64,000 nucleotides of DNA from Octopus vulgaris. Lineage: Eukaryota. Both the position numbers and the translations under genes were made by a program. The notes under the pieces are model-generated. The model made no database searches and was not told the origin of the DNA. It saw only the letters and a list, made by a program, of their open reading frames with translations. Within the stretch, counting starts at the first letter, position 1. Every line of letters begins with the position of its first letter. The stretch lies in the NCBI GenBank assembly GCA_951406725.2, contig OX597833.1, positions 15,562,001 to 15,626,000 of the forward strand, written 5' to 3'. Shown here piece after piece: positions 12,527 through 25,004 of this stretch.

Positions 12527-13452
12527 GTTCTGAGTTCAAATTCCGTCGAGGTCGGCTTTGACTTTCATCCTTTTGGGGTCAATAAATTAAGTACCAGTGA
12601 AACACTGGGATCTATGTAATCGACTTACCCCCTCCCCCAAAAGGCTGCCTTGTGGAAAAAATGTTCAACCATTATTATTATTGTTAGGGCAGCGTGCTAG
12701 CAAAAGGCAGCGAGCTGGTAGAATCATTAGCACACCGGACAGAATGCTTGGTGGTACTTTGTCAGTCTTTATGTTCTGGGTTCAAATTATTCTGAGGTGG
12801 ACTATGCTTTATAGCTTCCAAGTGTCCGTGAAATAAGTACCACTTGAGCACTCGGAGCGATGTAATTGATTATCTCCTCCCCACCACCACAACCACTCTC
12901 CCAAATATTAGACCTTATACCTATAGCAGAAAGAATTACTAGTCTCAAATTTTACCCAATCGATTTTGCCTCTCCTCTTTTCTGGCGTTGATTGTAAACG
13001 ACTAGTCCCCACATCGAAATTTTAGGCCTTGTGCATAGAGGAGAAAATTATTATCAGCAGACAACTTGCAGACAGAATCGTTTACCATCTTACACAAAAT
13101 GCTTAATAGCATTTCTTCCAGGTCTTAAAATTATGAGTTCAAATCTGTCGGCGTTAGTTTATTTTTCATCCTTTCTGTGGGGTAGATAAAAAATAAGTAC
13201 CAGTGAAAAACTGGGGTTCAGTGTAATCGAATAAGCCCTTTTCCGTTTAAACGCTGTCCTTTTGCTACAAGGCACAAGGACTGGAATTTGGGGGAGGGGC
13301 CAGTCGATTAAGTCGACACCAGTACGCAACTGGTACTTAATTTAACGACCCCGAAAGGATAAAAAGAAAAGTCGACCTCAGAACGTAACGGCAAACGAAA
13401 TATGGCTACACATTTCGCCCGGCGTGCTAACGGTTCTGCCAGCTCGCCGCCA
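12527..13452. mobile_element. Cluster of four to five old SINE family B copies
   Basis: Diverged gagttcaaat...tttcatcc...aagtaccag motifs at ~12530, ~12770 and ~13135 (+), plus a better-preserved minus copy at 13265-13452. Confidence 0.75.
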
Positions 13453-14139
13453 TGTCACCATTATTATGGTCAATGCTTATATAATGAGTCCGTTATATTA
13501 CTAAGATAGCACTTATATGCAAAGTACGAACCTCACCTGATTTAGTCAGAAGAAGCTCAGTTGATTTAATCAACTGAGCATTGCCTGATGCACGTAGGTG
13601 CTGGCTATGTTTGCTCTTAAGTTTTGGCAAGCCAAGCATCCTTTAATAAAGAAAAGAAGAGTAACGTATGAAGGTATGTCTTCAAGGATTCAGAATTAAC
13701 TGAACGCGTTGAGAAACGTTTATTAAGCATTAATATTTATGATTCAGTATCTACGTGTCTGATTTTTCCATACATGTTGGTCAAATCTAGTTTCTCTCAG
13801 ATAGATCCGTCTTGCGATCAAAGATATTCTATCTGTCGTTTTACCTACAATGGCGAGCTGAAAAATTCCTAGCTCAAATCGTATCTCGAGAAGCCTGGTT
13901 GGAGGACCAACCTTCATTGCTCTTAGGAAAACTGAAGGGACGATTGTCAATCTGAGTGGGGAATATTCTAAATAAAATCATAATTAACTGATCTTGTATT
14001 TCCTTTTACCCAAAGGCCAGGGACTTTTCAGCACCCCTTCGTATATGTAGCACTACATTATAAAAGAATTGAATTTATGTATGTAGCATGGTGGATTTCT
14101 ATGGAGATTTGGTCGATATTTCTAGCATTAAAAATTTAT

Positions 14140-14453
14140 TTTTATTTATGCACCCTTTTCAAGCCTAGCCAGGCTCGTGGGCCCGGTTTCCCGGTTTCTT
14201 TGGAGTATGTGTTCCCCCCATCTGGACGGGACTGCAGTCCATCGCAGAGTTACTCAAGAAACAGGAAGAAAGAGTGAAAGAAAGTTGGGGCAAAAGTGTA
14301 CCACAGGGGTCACCCCTACCCTCTGCCGGAGCGTCGGGGCACTTTTAGGTGTTTTCGCTCAATAAACACACACAACGCCCGGTCTGGGAATCGAAACCGC
14401 GATCCCTCGACCGCGAGTTCGCTGCCTTATCCACTGGGGCATTGCGCCTCCAC
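14140..14453 (-). mobile_element. SINE with family C head and family D tail
   Basis: C head (gaactcgcggtc) joined to tail gcgatggactgcagtcccgtccag...ccgggaaaccggg... Confidence 0.85.
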
Positions 14454-14454
14454 A

Positions 14455-14710
14455 TAAATAAATGCGCCCTTTTAAAGCCTAGCCAGGCTCATGGGCCCGG
14501 TTTCCCGGTTTCTACGGCGTATGTGTTCCCCAGCTGGACGGGACGCCAGTCCATCGCAACGTTACCCATTTTTGCCAGCTGAGTGGACTGGAGTAACGTG
14601 AAATGAAGTGCTTTGCTCAAGAAGACAATGCGTCGCCCGGTCCAGTAATCGAAACCACAATCTTACGATCATGATGCTGACACCCTAACCACTAAGCCAC
14701 ACACCTCCAC
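14455..14710 (-). mobile_element. tRNA-derived SINE family D
   Basis: A-box tggcttagtgg, B-box gtttcgattact, CORE-like ttcttgagcaaagcactt, same tail as 14140-14453. Confidence 0.85.
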
Positions 14711-15479
14711 AGCATTTCAAATAATCACATATAATAACACCTCCTGGACGTTATGACTAATTGTATTCGTATGTATGTGTGGGTTCTGTGTATCTGAATA
14801 TCCATATTTTATAACGAAAATATCGTCTGTATCTCCTCCTCCGAGTAAACTATATTGATTGAGGTAAGAATAATCTTCTGGTTGTAGTCAACAGATACCT
14901 TTCAACCTTCCAAATAAATCTTCGTACGAATGACCTTCGGTTATCAAACATGTATTCAATGTTAAGAGGAAAAACATCACTATAAGCCAGTTATAATTGG
15001 CTTTCAAATTGGAAATGATATTTACTGAATTTACATATATTTGCGATACGCCGTAATTGATGGGAAATGAAATGTCTTGAAGCTAATTGTGTGGTATTTA
15101 GTTACACCACCTAATTCCTGCGTATAAATCTTGTCGAGTGAAGCCGTTATATATTTGCCGTAAGTAAAATAAGTATTTAGTATCATGTTTATCGATTGTT
15201 CATCTGTGAATCTCTATGAATGTCAGAGATTCGTTATATCAAGCAATTAAATGAGAATTAATATCGGTTTGTAAACACTGAAATTAAAATAGAAGAGCAT
15301 CTTCAAGTTAATTAGTCCTCGTAGTTTACTGGTATTATTTTACTGAACATAGGTCGACTGAGTCGAAAATGGCAGCGGAGGGAACTACAGACGTTTTGAT
15401 ATTTACTCTCAATTTTCTAACGTTGATTTGAAATTTTATAGTTACATAGATTCATTTGCCCAAATGTAATCTAGTGAGA

Positions 15480-15927
15480 CCCCTGGACCGTTTGCCTTCA
15501 CAGCAGCAGGCACATCTGCAATGTTTTTCTCACTTCTGCTGGTTGCGGGTCTCCCAGAACGTTCGTCAATATCGATATTTTTTCGATGTCGATATTAGAA
15601 AAGTCTGAACCACTCGTACACTTCTCTGCGGCTCATACACTCTTCTCCATACACTTTCTGCAACTTTGCGTAGACCTCTGAGCAGGTATCGCCATGACAA
15701 CTTTCTCGGCCATGGTGAATGCTACAATGCTACGATCACACGCCACATACTTTCCTTCGATGCACTGCTGTAAGCAGCGGAAGTGAACTAGAACGTTAAA
15801 ATTTAGTGCGCATACACAACAGTGTCCGAAGTCAAATTGTGCCAAGCGGCTTCACTCTGCGTGCTACAGCTTCGTTATAAATATCCGGACTATGGCGACA
15901 GTCCGGATATTTATGCATCAGTCCTCG
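15480..15927 (-). mobile_element. Mariner (Tc1/mariner) 5' fragment with transposase HTH remnant
   Basis: Starts TA|CGAGG. Translation YAKLQKVYGEECMSRREVYEWF...DERSGRPATSRSEKNI fits a mariner N-terminal HTH. In-frame stop present. Confidence 0.8.
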
Positions 15928-15964
15928 TATGTTAAGTGTGCATGTATGTGCACATAGAGTATAA

Positions 15965-16822
15965 TTGTCGATCTCAGTAATAGTCGACGCCCTACTTTTG
16001 ACCAAAAATTTAGGAATTTTCCATAGCTTCCGTATAAATGTCTACCCTAATATTTCACGAACAAGAGGACAACCTTTGTGGGAAACGAAACCTTATTATT
16101 TTGTACGTAGAAATTACAATGTTACAAACTCGTGTAGCTCATTTACTATAGCCTGCTCTATAGGTGGAGTGCAATATGCTTATATTAAATCACCTTTTAA
16201 TAGCGAGTAGTACACGTCTGTTGATGGGTGCTACATCACCATTACTATAATGTATGCACAGGATATGTTGCAAGCGTATTTCTGTTTCATTTCTGAAATC
16301 TCGATCTCACATGCACTGGTTTATTTTTCAAGAACGAACAAAAATCTGTGACCAGAGATCTCTTCTTTCCTCGTTACTGGGCATCCAAATGCCCATCTCA
16401 AAATCATCACTGTCCTTGCTAGAGCGGTTTTATAAAGATATACTACCTCATATCAATCCCATGGTCTCCAACAAATTTCTCAAACCTGGTTGTTAATGAT
16501 ACCAGAGTCCCTACAGCTACCAAGATGACAGTTACTTCTTTCATTGCCTACAGTCATACAATTTCATCTGTTAGTGGCTTATATCATCATCATCACATCA
16601 TCATCAGTACTACGGATTCTAGCTTGAATTTCAGCCCATCAAAAGTAGTGTCCATGTAATAGTCGATCCCATAAATTTAACCTTACAATGGTCTTAAAAT
16701 GGTCTTTAAAAATGGTCTTTAAAAATGGTCTTAAAATGGTCTTTAAAATTGGTCTTTAAAATGATCTTAAAATGGTCTAAAATGGTCTTAAAAAATCCGA
16801 CTTTTACACGAGTAAAAATGTC
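15965..16822. mobile_element. Probable pogo/Tc2-type MITE remnant with internal minisatellite
   Basis: Repeated gtaatagtcga subterminal motifs, right end ccgacttttacacgagtaaaaatg, (aaaatggtcttt)n at 16687-16790. Confidence 0.45.
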
Positions 16823-16825
16823 GTA

Positions 16826-17010
16826 AATATCGACATTTTTTCGGCTATCTTAGAAAAGTCTGAATCATTCGTACACTTCTGTGCGGCTCATACACTCCTC
16901 TCCATATACTTTCTGCAAGTTTGCGTAGGCCTCTGAGCAGGTATCGCCATGACAACTTTCTCAGCCATGGTCAATGCTACGATCACACGCCACATACTTT
17001 CCTTCGATGC
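16826..17010 (-). repeat. Local duplicate of mariner segment 15567-15764
   Basis: Near-identical tagaaaagtctgaa...catactttccttcgatgca. Confidence 0.9.
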
Positions 17011-17032
17011 ATATATATACATATATACATAT

Positions 17033-17310
17033 ATCACCCTGATCACTTTGACCGACCAGTCCGTCAGGCGTCCATTTGACACCACTGGTCAAAGCACGTT
17101 GTCCACTCCTCTCTAGATCGCGCCTTTCTCATCCACGTGATCCCAATCGTCCTCCTGAAATCGTAACTCCACCGTCGTGGAGGTCTTCCGGGTGGTCTTT
17201 TCCGCACGCGCGGGTACCACTCGACAACTGCGTGGGTCCAACGATTATCGGTGAGCCGGGCGACGTGTCCAGCCCATCTATACTTGCTGCGTGTATATGT
17301 CATCGCAGAG
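17033..17310 (-). mobile_element. RTE-clade LINE, 3' terminal fragment
   Basis: ORF 17064-17303 (RWAGHVARLTDNRWT...KRPPGRPPRRW...SREEW) is a typical RTE ORF C-terminus, followed by a short 3' UTR. Confidence 0.85.
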
Positions 17311-17324
17311 TATATACATTATCT

Positions 17325-17537
17325 TTTACTTTTTTTTTCTCTTTTACTTGTTTCAGTCATTTGACTGCGGCCATGCTGGATCACCGCCTTTAGTCGAGCA
17401 AATCGACTTATTCTTTGTAAGCCCAGTACTTATTCTATCGGTCTCTTTTGTCGAACCGCTAAGTTACGGGGACATAAACAAACCAGCATCGGTTGTCAAG
17501 GAATGCTAGGGAGACAAACACAGACACACAAACACAT

Positions 17538-17573
<36 letters not shown>

Positions 17574-17745
17574 ATATATACGACAGGCCTCTTTCAGTTT
17601 CCGTCTACCAAATCCACTCACAAGGCATTGGTCGGCCCGGGGCTATAGTAGAAGACACTCGCCCAAGATACCACGCAGTGGGACTGAACTCGGAACCATG
17701 TGGTTGGTTAGCAACCTACTTACCACACAGCCACTCCTGCGCCTA
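17325..17745 (-). mobile_element. SINE family A
   Basis: Full structure on the minus strand. Confidence 0.9.
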
Positions 17746-17905
17746 TACCTATATGTGTGAAGGTTTTAGGTGTTTTTTTCTTTTTCTTTCTCACGAAGAA
17801 AATGTTGTCATTACCAGGTTGAAAAAAGTGATTCGGGAAATAAATCTCGAGAAATAAGAGTTAAATACTTTTCATCTGAAACGTACATTGAGATGGTGTG
17901 CTTCT

Positions 17906-18291
17906 TGTGGAGGCACAATGGCCCAGTGGTTAGGGCAGCGGACTCGCGGTCATAGGATCGCGGTTTCGATTCCCAGACCGGGCGTTGTGAGTGTTTATTG
18001 AGCGAAAACACCTAAAGCTCCACGAGGCTCCGGCAGGGGATGGTGGTGATCCCTCCTGTACTCTTTCGCCACAACTTTCTCTCACTCTTACTTCCTGTTT
18101 CTGTTGTACCTGTATTTCAAAGGGCCGGCCTTGTCACTCGCTGTGTCACGTTGAATATCCCCGAGAACTACGTTAAGTGTACACGTGTCTGTAGAGTGCT
18201 CAGCCACTTACACGTTAATTTCATGAGCAGGCTGTTTCGTTGATTCGGTTCAACCGGAACCCCCGTCGTCGTAACCGACGGAGTGCTTCCA
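17906..18291 (+). mobile_element. SINE family C
   Basis: Full copy. TSD atggtgtgcttct at 17893-17905 and 18292-18304. Confidence 0.92.
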
Positions 18292-18464
18292 ATGGTGTGC
18301 TTCTGCATGTTAAAAATGTATCTGGCATCTGTTGTGTTGTACAATTATTCACAGAGGAAACTAGATCTCGTCTCTGATTAAGAGACAAATGTATTGTTAT
18401 TTCAAATTCTTGATTCAGAATAGTTTTTAATAAAGTCTATCGTTGAAATATTGTTCTTCTGCCA

Positions 18465-18680
18465 AGGCGGCGAGCTGCTGGAATCGTTAGAACGCTAGGC
18501 AAAATGGTTCATGTCATTTCGTCCATCTTTGCGTTCTGAGTTGAAATTTCACCAAAGTTTATTTTATGTTTTTCTCTTTTCGGAATTGTTGAACTAGGTA
18601 CCTGTTGAGCTCTGCGGTCGGTGTCACCGATTTACCCTCTCGCACAGAATATCTGCTCTTCTGCCAAAATTTGAGATCAA
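18465..18680 (+). mobile_element. Old SINE family B copy
   Basis: aaggcggcgagctg...gaatcgttag...ttctgagttgaaatt. Confidence 0.7.
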
Positions 18681-19530
18681 TATATTGTTTTTATGCTATT
18701 TTCATAACAATGTGAAATGAGGGGAAATATACGGAATAAAAGACCATTTTTTCTTTTCATAAATACAACACAGAATACAATTGCTAAATTTCTCTGAACA
18801 TCATCCTCTGCTTTACATTGTATATCAAATAATTACTTCTATTCCAAGCGAGAAAAATAGTATGAGATGAGAGCTGAAATATGAAAAGGCTATATTAGGA
18901 AGGATAGATGAAATATTGCATTCAAGGAGAAATATCTCCATCCTTTCTAAATTCGTAACAAAACGAACAAATACATCCTTTACAGTTTCTGATAATAATG
19001 AACGTATGTATGATGATTACAGATGTAACAAGGCTATGCTTTGCGGCATGGCCATTTACTCTCTCTGATCAAGCGGAAAAGAGTTCTTTGTAGTCAGAAA
19101 TGAAAGCTAATTGATCTTGAATTTAATATCTTATTTTTATATCATTTATGTTTATCCATTTTACTGCTTCATATCTCATAGAAATATTACGTTTCTTCTC
19201 AGTTGTAGAAGTCATCCTTTCCAAGCAAAATTTCAAGATGTCTATGAAAATATGTGGGAAAAACTTAATATTTACAGGTGATATTTAATTTGTTCAGCGA
19301 AAGCATCTCTATTCACTCGGTGTAAGAAAACCATGATTTGAATAGATACACGACTTAAACAATTGACTATTTGAAACAGGCTTCTTCAATTAAGAAAAAA
19401 ATAAATTGATTAATTTAAATAATTAATTATACTCTTGACACTTGCGCGCCACAGATTTTGTACCAAGTGGAGGATGCATAGTGTGGTTGCTGTGATAAGT
19501 ACAATAATTATACGTTATTTTCTTGTAACC

Positions 19531-20007
19531 TATTTCTTTATTACCCACAAGGGGCTAAACTTAGAGGGGACAAACAAGGACAGACATGGGTATTAAGTCG
19601 ATTACATCGACCCCAGTGCGGAACTGGTACTTAATTTATCGACCCCGAAAGGATGAAAGGCAAAGTCAATCTCGGCGAAATTTGAACTCAGAACGTAACG
19701 GCGGACGAAATAACGCTAAGCATTTCGCCCGCGTGCTAACGTTTCTGCCAGCTCGCCGCCTTCTTTTCTTTTTAAAAATAAATTATTAGATATATGTTTC
19801 TTTATTACCCACAAGGGGCTAAACACAGAGGGGACAAACAAGGACAGACATAGGTATTAAGTCGATTACATCGTCCCCAGTGCGTAACTGGTACTTTATT
19901 TATCGACCCCGAAAGGATGAAAGGCAAAGTCGACCTCGGCGGAATTTGAACTCAGAACGTAACGACAGACGAAATACTGCTAGGCATTTTGCCCGGCGTG
20001 CTAACGA
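19531..20007 (-). mobile_element. SINE family B dimer with 35-nt spacer inside one TSD
   Basis: TSD ttattttcttgtaacc at 19515-19530 and 20008-20023. Confidence 0.88.
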
Positions 20008-20184
20008 TTATTTTCTTGTAACCGTTTAACTTCCAATCGAAGACCAACATATATCTCAATTGTTTTTCAGTATAAACGCTTGCGATAAAGCGCTATTTGC
20101 AAGTGTTCGAAATTATTTGAAACCTTCAAAATGAATGCCACATATCTTAGGAGATTTTAAGCGAAGAAACAGGGTATACACATG

Positions 20185-20221
<37 letters not shown>

Positions 20222-20278
20222 ATAAAAATGGTAAGACAACAAAAGAATGAAAGAGACCGCGATATTATGTAAATTTAC

Positions 20279-20331
<53 letters not shown>

Positions 20332-20348
20332 TAGATAGATAGATATGT

Positions 20349-21586
20349 TTCTTTATTAGCCACACAGGGCTGCACACAGATAGAACAAATTACAAGGTAG
20401 AGCTTTTCTTTTGAAGGTTTAAGAAAGAAAAAAAAAAAAAAAAAAAAGGAAGGGGGAGTTTCGATCAAAAGGGATCGTAAAAGGAGAGAAAGAGGACAAA
20501 AAAAAGGGGGTTTAAAAAAAGGGGGGAGGAAAAAAATTGATCAATAGGGATCGTTATCACAGAAATATCAATATGAAGTGTAAAGGGGAGGACAGGTGAG
20601 GTTTACCCGTGCAAAGAAAAGCCTACGGAAAAGACCACGGTAACCTCGGTCAATGATGTCACATTTTATATTTCTTTTTTTTTTTTTTGCAAATAAGCAA
20701 CTCTCTGTTTTCGATTTCTGGGTTCATAGGATCATGCTCAAGGTGGCTTCGTCATTCATACGTGCCATTCTTGCTACATTCACCCATCTTTTTTTAAAAC
20801 ATTCGCTAGACAAAACTTGCCTCTCTACTCTCACTTTCCTTTTCAAGTGGTACTTGAAGAAGTTGATGAGGGATTGACCAGAGAGGAAAGTGTTTGTCTC
20901 CAATCCTTTCAGACGCGTCCACCAGATACATTCTTTCGCCATAGCCACAAGGATGATGAAAATAGCTCTTCCTTCCCGTTTGAAGGAAGGAGGCGTGACA
21001 ATATTGACGATAGACTCAGCTGATAAACCGACTCGTCCCACACGTGACAGCAGTTGTTCGACATAAGCCCACAGGTCGGAAATTGTTGGACACTGAACGA
21101 GTGCGTGCAGAACGGTTTCGTCGCTCTGACCGCATCTCGGGCAGGTCGGCCCCGTGTTTCTCGAGCCGTGTCTGTAGAGCTTATCCCGAACGGGTAGCGC
21201 TTCTCGGTAGCACTGCCAGGCCAGGGATCTCTGGAAGTTGTCCATGGGCCCTGGCCCGAAAGTCGTCCTGAACAGGCGGGTCAGGTACTCCTCGTCGACG
21301 TCCAGGTTCGCCCCGAGCTCGTCGTCGTACCTCCCCTCCACTAAACCCCTATAGAATGCTTTGGTTGTGTTGAAGTCACTTAAGGTCGACCCAGGACGGC
21401 AGAGTTGCTTGAGAGCAACGCGACACTCGCGGTGCCATTCGCCCTTCCTCGGCCTCTTTTTGATCCACGACTGCAGTTCGGTCATGGAGATGAGCTGCGG
21501 GAAAGCGTGCCTCACAAACGGCGACCACACCTGTTCACCGTCGTCTACATAGAGCCAGAGATGCCGCAGTCTCAGCGCGTGTCTGC
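20349..21586 (-). mobile_element. 5'-truncated Tx1/L1-clade LINE inserted in (GATA)n
   Basis: ORF2 C-terminus plus ~375-nt 3' UTR ending aataaagaaa. gatagatagatagatatgt is duplicated at 20330-20348 and 21599-21617. Confidence 0.88.
20724..21586 (-). pseudogene. LINE ORF2 C-terminal part with zf-RVT-type CCHC zinc knuckle
   Basis: Uninterrupted frame: WQCYREALPVRDKL...CPRCGQSDETVLHALVQCP...W. The listed start codon lies in the microsatellite and is not real. Confidence 0.85.
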
Positions 21587-21626
21587 GATAGATAGATAGA
21601 TAGATAGATAGATATGTATATATGTG

Positions 21627-21689
<63 letters not shown>

Positions 21690-21704
21690 ATGTGTGTGTG
21701 TGTG

Positions 21705-21911
21705 TGAGTGACCGCGTGTGTACCGTTGGCGATTTTTTTCCTCTGTCTTCGCTTCTCTGGATCTTTCCTTCTCCTATGTTTCCGACAAAGAGCTCCGCTC
21801 GAAACGTAAACCCCTCCTTCATTCCTACTTTCCTGAGCATCCAATAATACTATATTTGTTCCACGTTCTCGCGTTGTTGTGTTTTTTTTGTACTTTCATG
21901 TTTGGATTAAC

Positions 21912-21915
<4 letters not shown>
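21705..21915 (+). mobile_element. Short PLE-type non-autonomous element (same family as 40948-41155)
   Basis: Homologous ~210-bp unit ending ttggattaact then (TA)n. Contains an HHR-like motif. Confidence 0.7.
21778..21811 (+). ncRNA. Minimal hammerhead-like motif with degenerate core (CCGACAA)
   Basis: gttt-CCGACAA-a-gagc/tcc/gctc-GAAAC-GTA-aac. The G8 position is mutated, so probably inactive. Confidence 0.5.
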
Positions 21916-21988
<73 letters not shown>

Positions 21989-21994
21989 ATATAT

Positions 21995-22217
21995 ATATTT
22001 AAAATTTATAAGTTTAAATTATTTTAATAATTTTTTAATTTTTAACTTTTGTCTTTTTAAATTAAATTTATGTATTGGCTTATGGTTTTCACTGTTTGAT
22101 TTGCCTAATAGTGGTTTTATCTCTAATTTAATATAATATAATATAATATATTTATACTATAAAATTGATTTAATCCTAAATCTAATTTTTCCCTGTAAGT
22201 TTGGATTTATTCCCTAA

Positions 22218-22222
<5 letters not shown>
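21995..22222 (-). mobile_element. AT-rich PLE-associated repeat (family of 44420-44790)
   Basis: Shares tgatttgcctaatagtggtttt...ctctaatttaatataata and ccctgtaagtttggatttattccctaata. Flanked by (TA)n and (TAT)n. Confidence 0.65.
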
Positions 22223-22298
<76 letters not shown>

Positions 22299-22461
22299 AA
22301 TACATACATATATATGTATGCATTTGTATATATATATATATATATATATACATGTACACACACATGTATACGTGTATATATGTATGAATATTCATGAGAA
22401 CATACATACATAAAGATATATATATATATATTTGCGTGTGTATTTATATATATAGTCATTA

Positions 22462-22498
<37 letters not shown>

Positions 22499-23029
22499 AC
22501 ACCCCCATGGATACAAAGTGTATGGAGGAGCGTGTGTAGTTATAAGCAAATTGTTATTCGTTTATATTCAGACCGTCAGCTCTTTATAATGTTGCTATCT
22601 AGATGTTGCCAATAAGATTAATTAGATTCCGCCAATTAACCAGCTGGAAAGTAAAGCAACGTTTGCATTTTCAAAACCCTCCTTCATCGCATCATTCATA
22701 CGATAAGAAGATACATTTAGGTCAGCGCAACAAGAACAACAACGGAAAATATTTAGCACAATATAATGCTTCTCCGGCAAACTTATGAGTGCGGAAAAGG
22801 ATTTTTGAGGGTCTCGAAATTACAGAAAATATAATGGAGCATAGAAATAGATCTAAACATACTATTACATCTACTTACCATAATTATATCTAGGTGTGAC
22901 ACTTTGTAAATATACGACTGTTTAGAGTTCTTTTAATCTAAAAGTCACATAATGAGACTGAGAAAGGAAAGAAAGAAAGAAATATTCGTAAGAAGCAATC
23001 AATTTTAGACACCGCTTGAGAGCGGTGTC

Positions 23030-23073
23030 TATCTATCCATCTATCTATTTATCTATCCTTCTATATATCTGTC

Positions 23074-23125
<52 letters not shown>

Positions 23126-23185
23126 AATATATATATACATACATACAAATATATATATACATACAAATATATATATACATACAAA

Positions 23186-23216
<31 letters not shown>

Positions 23217-23275
23217 CATATATATACATATATCTATTCCTATATATATACATACAAATATATATATATATATAC

Positions 23276-23318
<43 letters not shown>

Positions 23319-23394
23319 TCTATTCCTATATATACATACAAATATATATATATATATACATATATCTATTCCTATATATATACATACAAATATA

Positions 23395-23438
<44 letters not shown>

Positions 23439-23475
23439 TCTATACATATATCTATGCATATATATATACATACAA

Positions 23476-23516
<41 letters not shown>

Positions 23517-23612
23517 GCTATACATATATATATATACATACAAATATATATATATATGTATACATACATCTATACATATATATATACATACAAAATATAT
23601 ATATATATATAT
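23030..23612. repeat. Compound TA-rich microsatellite with recurring catacaaa and tctattcc interruptions
   Basis: Direct inspection. Confidence 0.95.
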
Positions 23613-23831
23613 TCAAAAGAAAGCGCTACTAGATAAGTGTACAGAACAACTATTGTTAAGAAATCTAGTGCTGCTATTGACAGTAATTGCAGATTTCGAC
23701 GATATTTCTACGTTTCCAAGCGTATTTCTGTTAAATAAAGTAGCGTTCATTTTCTATTGTGGTAGAATCAAGCAATATCTTTAGTATATGAAAAGAATAA
23801 ATAGTTATCAACCCATTGAATACCTCTAAAG

Positions 23832-23903
<72 letters not shown>

Positions 23904-24244
23904 GGACTAATAGAAAATGGAATTTAAAAACTGTTCCCCAATTAACGACACATTTCAGGTGAAAAGAAATGCAATCTTGTCGCCAGAGAGTATTTGTTGT
24001 AGATATTAGTCAACAGATGTTGAGAACACTTCGATATATCTAAATAAAACTAGAATGTTCAAGAGATAAACGGAACGTAAGATAAGCAAACGACAAAATG
24101 CAATCCAATGGAAAATCTTACATGAATGGTATGTGGATACCATATAAAAATGAATATATCTCGTGGGATCGAATGAAGAGTAAGGGTCAAGTAAAGGACA
24201 TTTCTTTCTAATAGTGACACTCTGTATTTATATTCTTTATATTC

Positions 24245-24632
24245 AGTGGAGGCGTAATGGCCCAGTGGTTAGGGCAGCGGACTCACGGTCATAGGATCGC
24301 GGTTTCGATTCCCAGACCGGGCGTTGTGAGTGTTTATTGAGCGAAAACACCTAAAAGCTCCACGAGGCTCCGGCAGGGGATGGTGGTCATCCCTGCTGTA
24401 CTCTTTCACCACAACTTTCTCTCACTCTTACTTCCTGTTTCTGTTGTACCTGTATTTCAAAGGGCCGGCCTTGTCACTCTCTGTGTCACGCTGAATATCC
24501 CCGAGAACTACGTTAAGGGTGCACGTGTCTGTGGAGTGCTCAGCCACTTACATGTTAATTTCACGAGCAGGCTGTTCCGTTGATTCGGATCAACCGGAAC
24601 CCTCGTCGTCGTAACCGACGGAGTGCTTCCCA
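24245..24632 (+). mobile_element. SINE family C nested in an old SINE B
   Basis: TSD tctttatattc at 24234-24244 and 24633-24643. Host continues tgatttcaaattccgtc...ttcatcc. Confidence 0.92.
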
Positions 24633-24796
24633 TCTTTATATTCTGATTTCAAATTCCGTCGTAGTCAATTCTGTTTTTCATCCATTCCTGTCGATAGTAT
24701 AAGAACCAACCGGGCTTTGTGGTGGATTTAAGCGACATGTCTCATCCATTAAGATTCCAGGCTTTGTGCCTATAGTAATACTGATTAATCGGTATA

Positions 24797-25000
24797 ATCG
24801 GTTGCGGATCCGTGGAATAAGCTGCCGGACAAGATAGTGAAGATGCCGACGACCGCTCGGTTGAAAGTCTCTCTTGACCAGAAATGGCCTGAACTCTTTG
24901 CATGAACACCCTCCCTGTACATAACTCCATGTCCCCCTACATGGCCTTGCTTTTTGCTTTTTGAGCCAAAAAATTAACTTAACTTAACTTAACTTAACTT
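24797..25000 (+). mobile_element. CR1/L2-group LINE 3' end
   Basis: Translation RVADPWNKLPDKIVKMPTTARLKVSLDQKW, short UTR, (TTAAC)n tail. Confidence 0.75.
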
Positions 25001-25004
25001 GGTT

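Noticed and set aside
17906-17985. tRNA-Arg(TCG) gene
   Set aside because: It is a SINE head: no proper acceptor stem, and it is followed by a SINE body and TSD.
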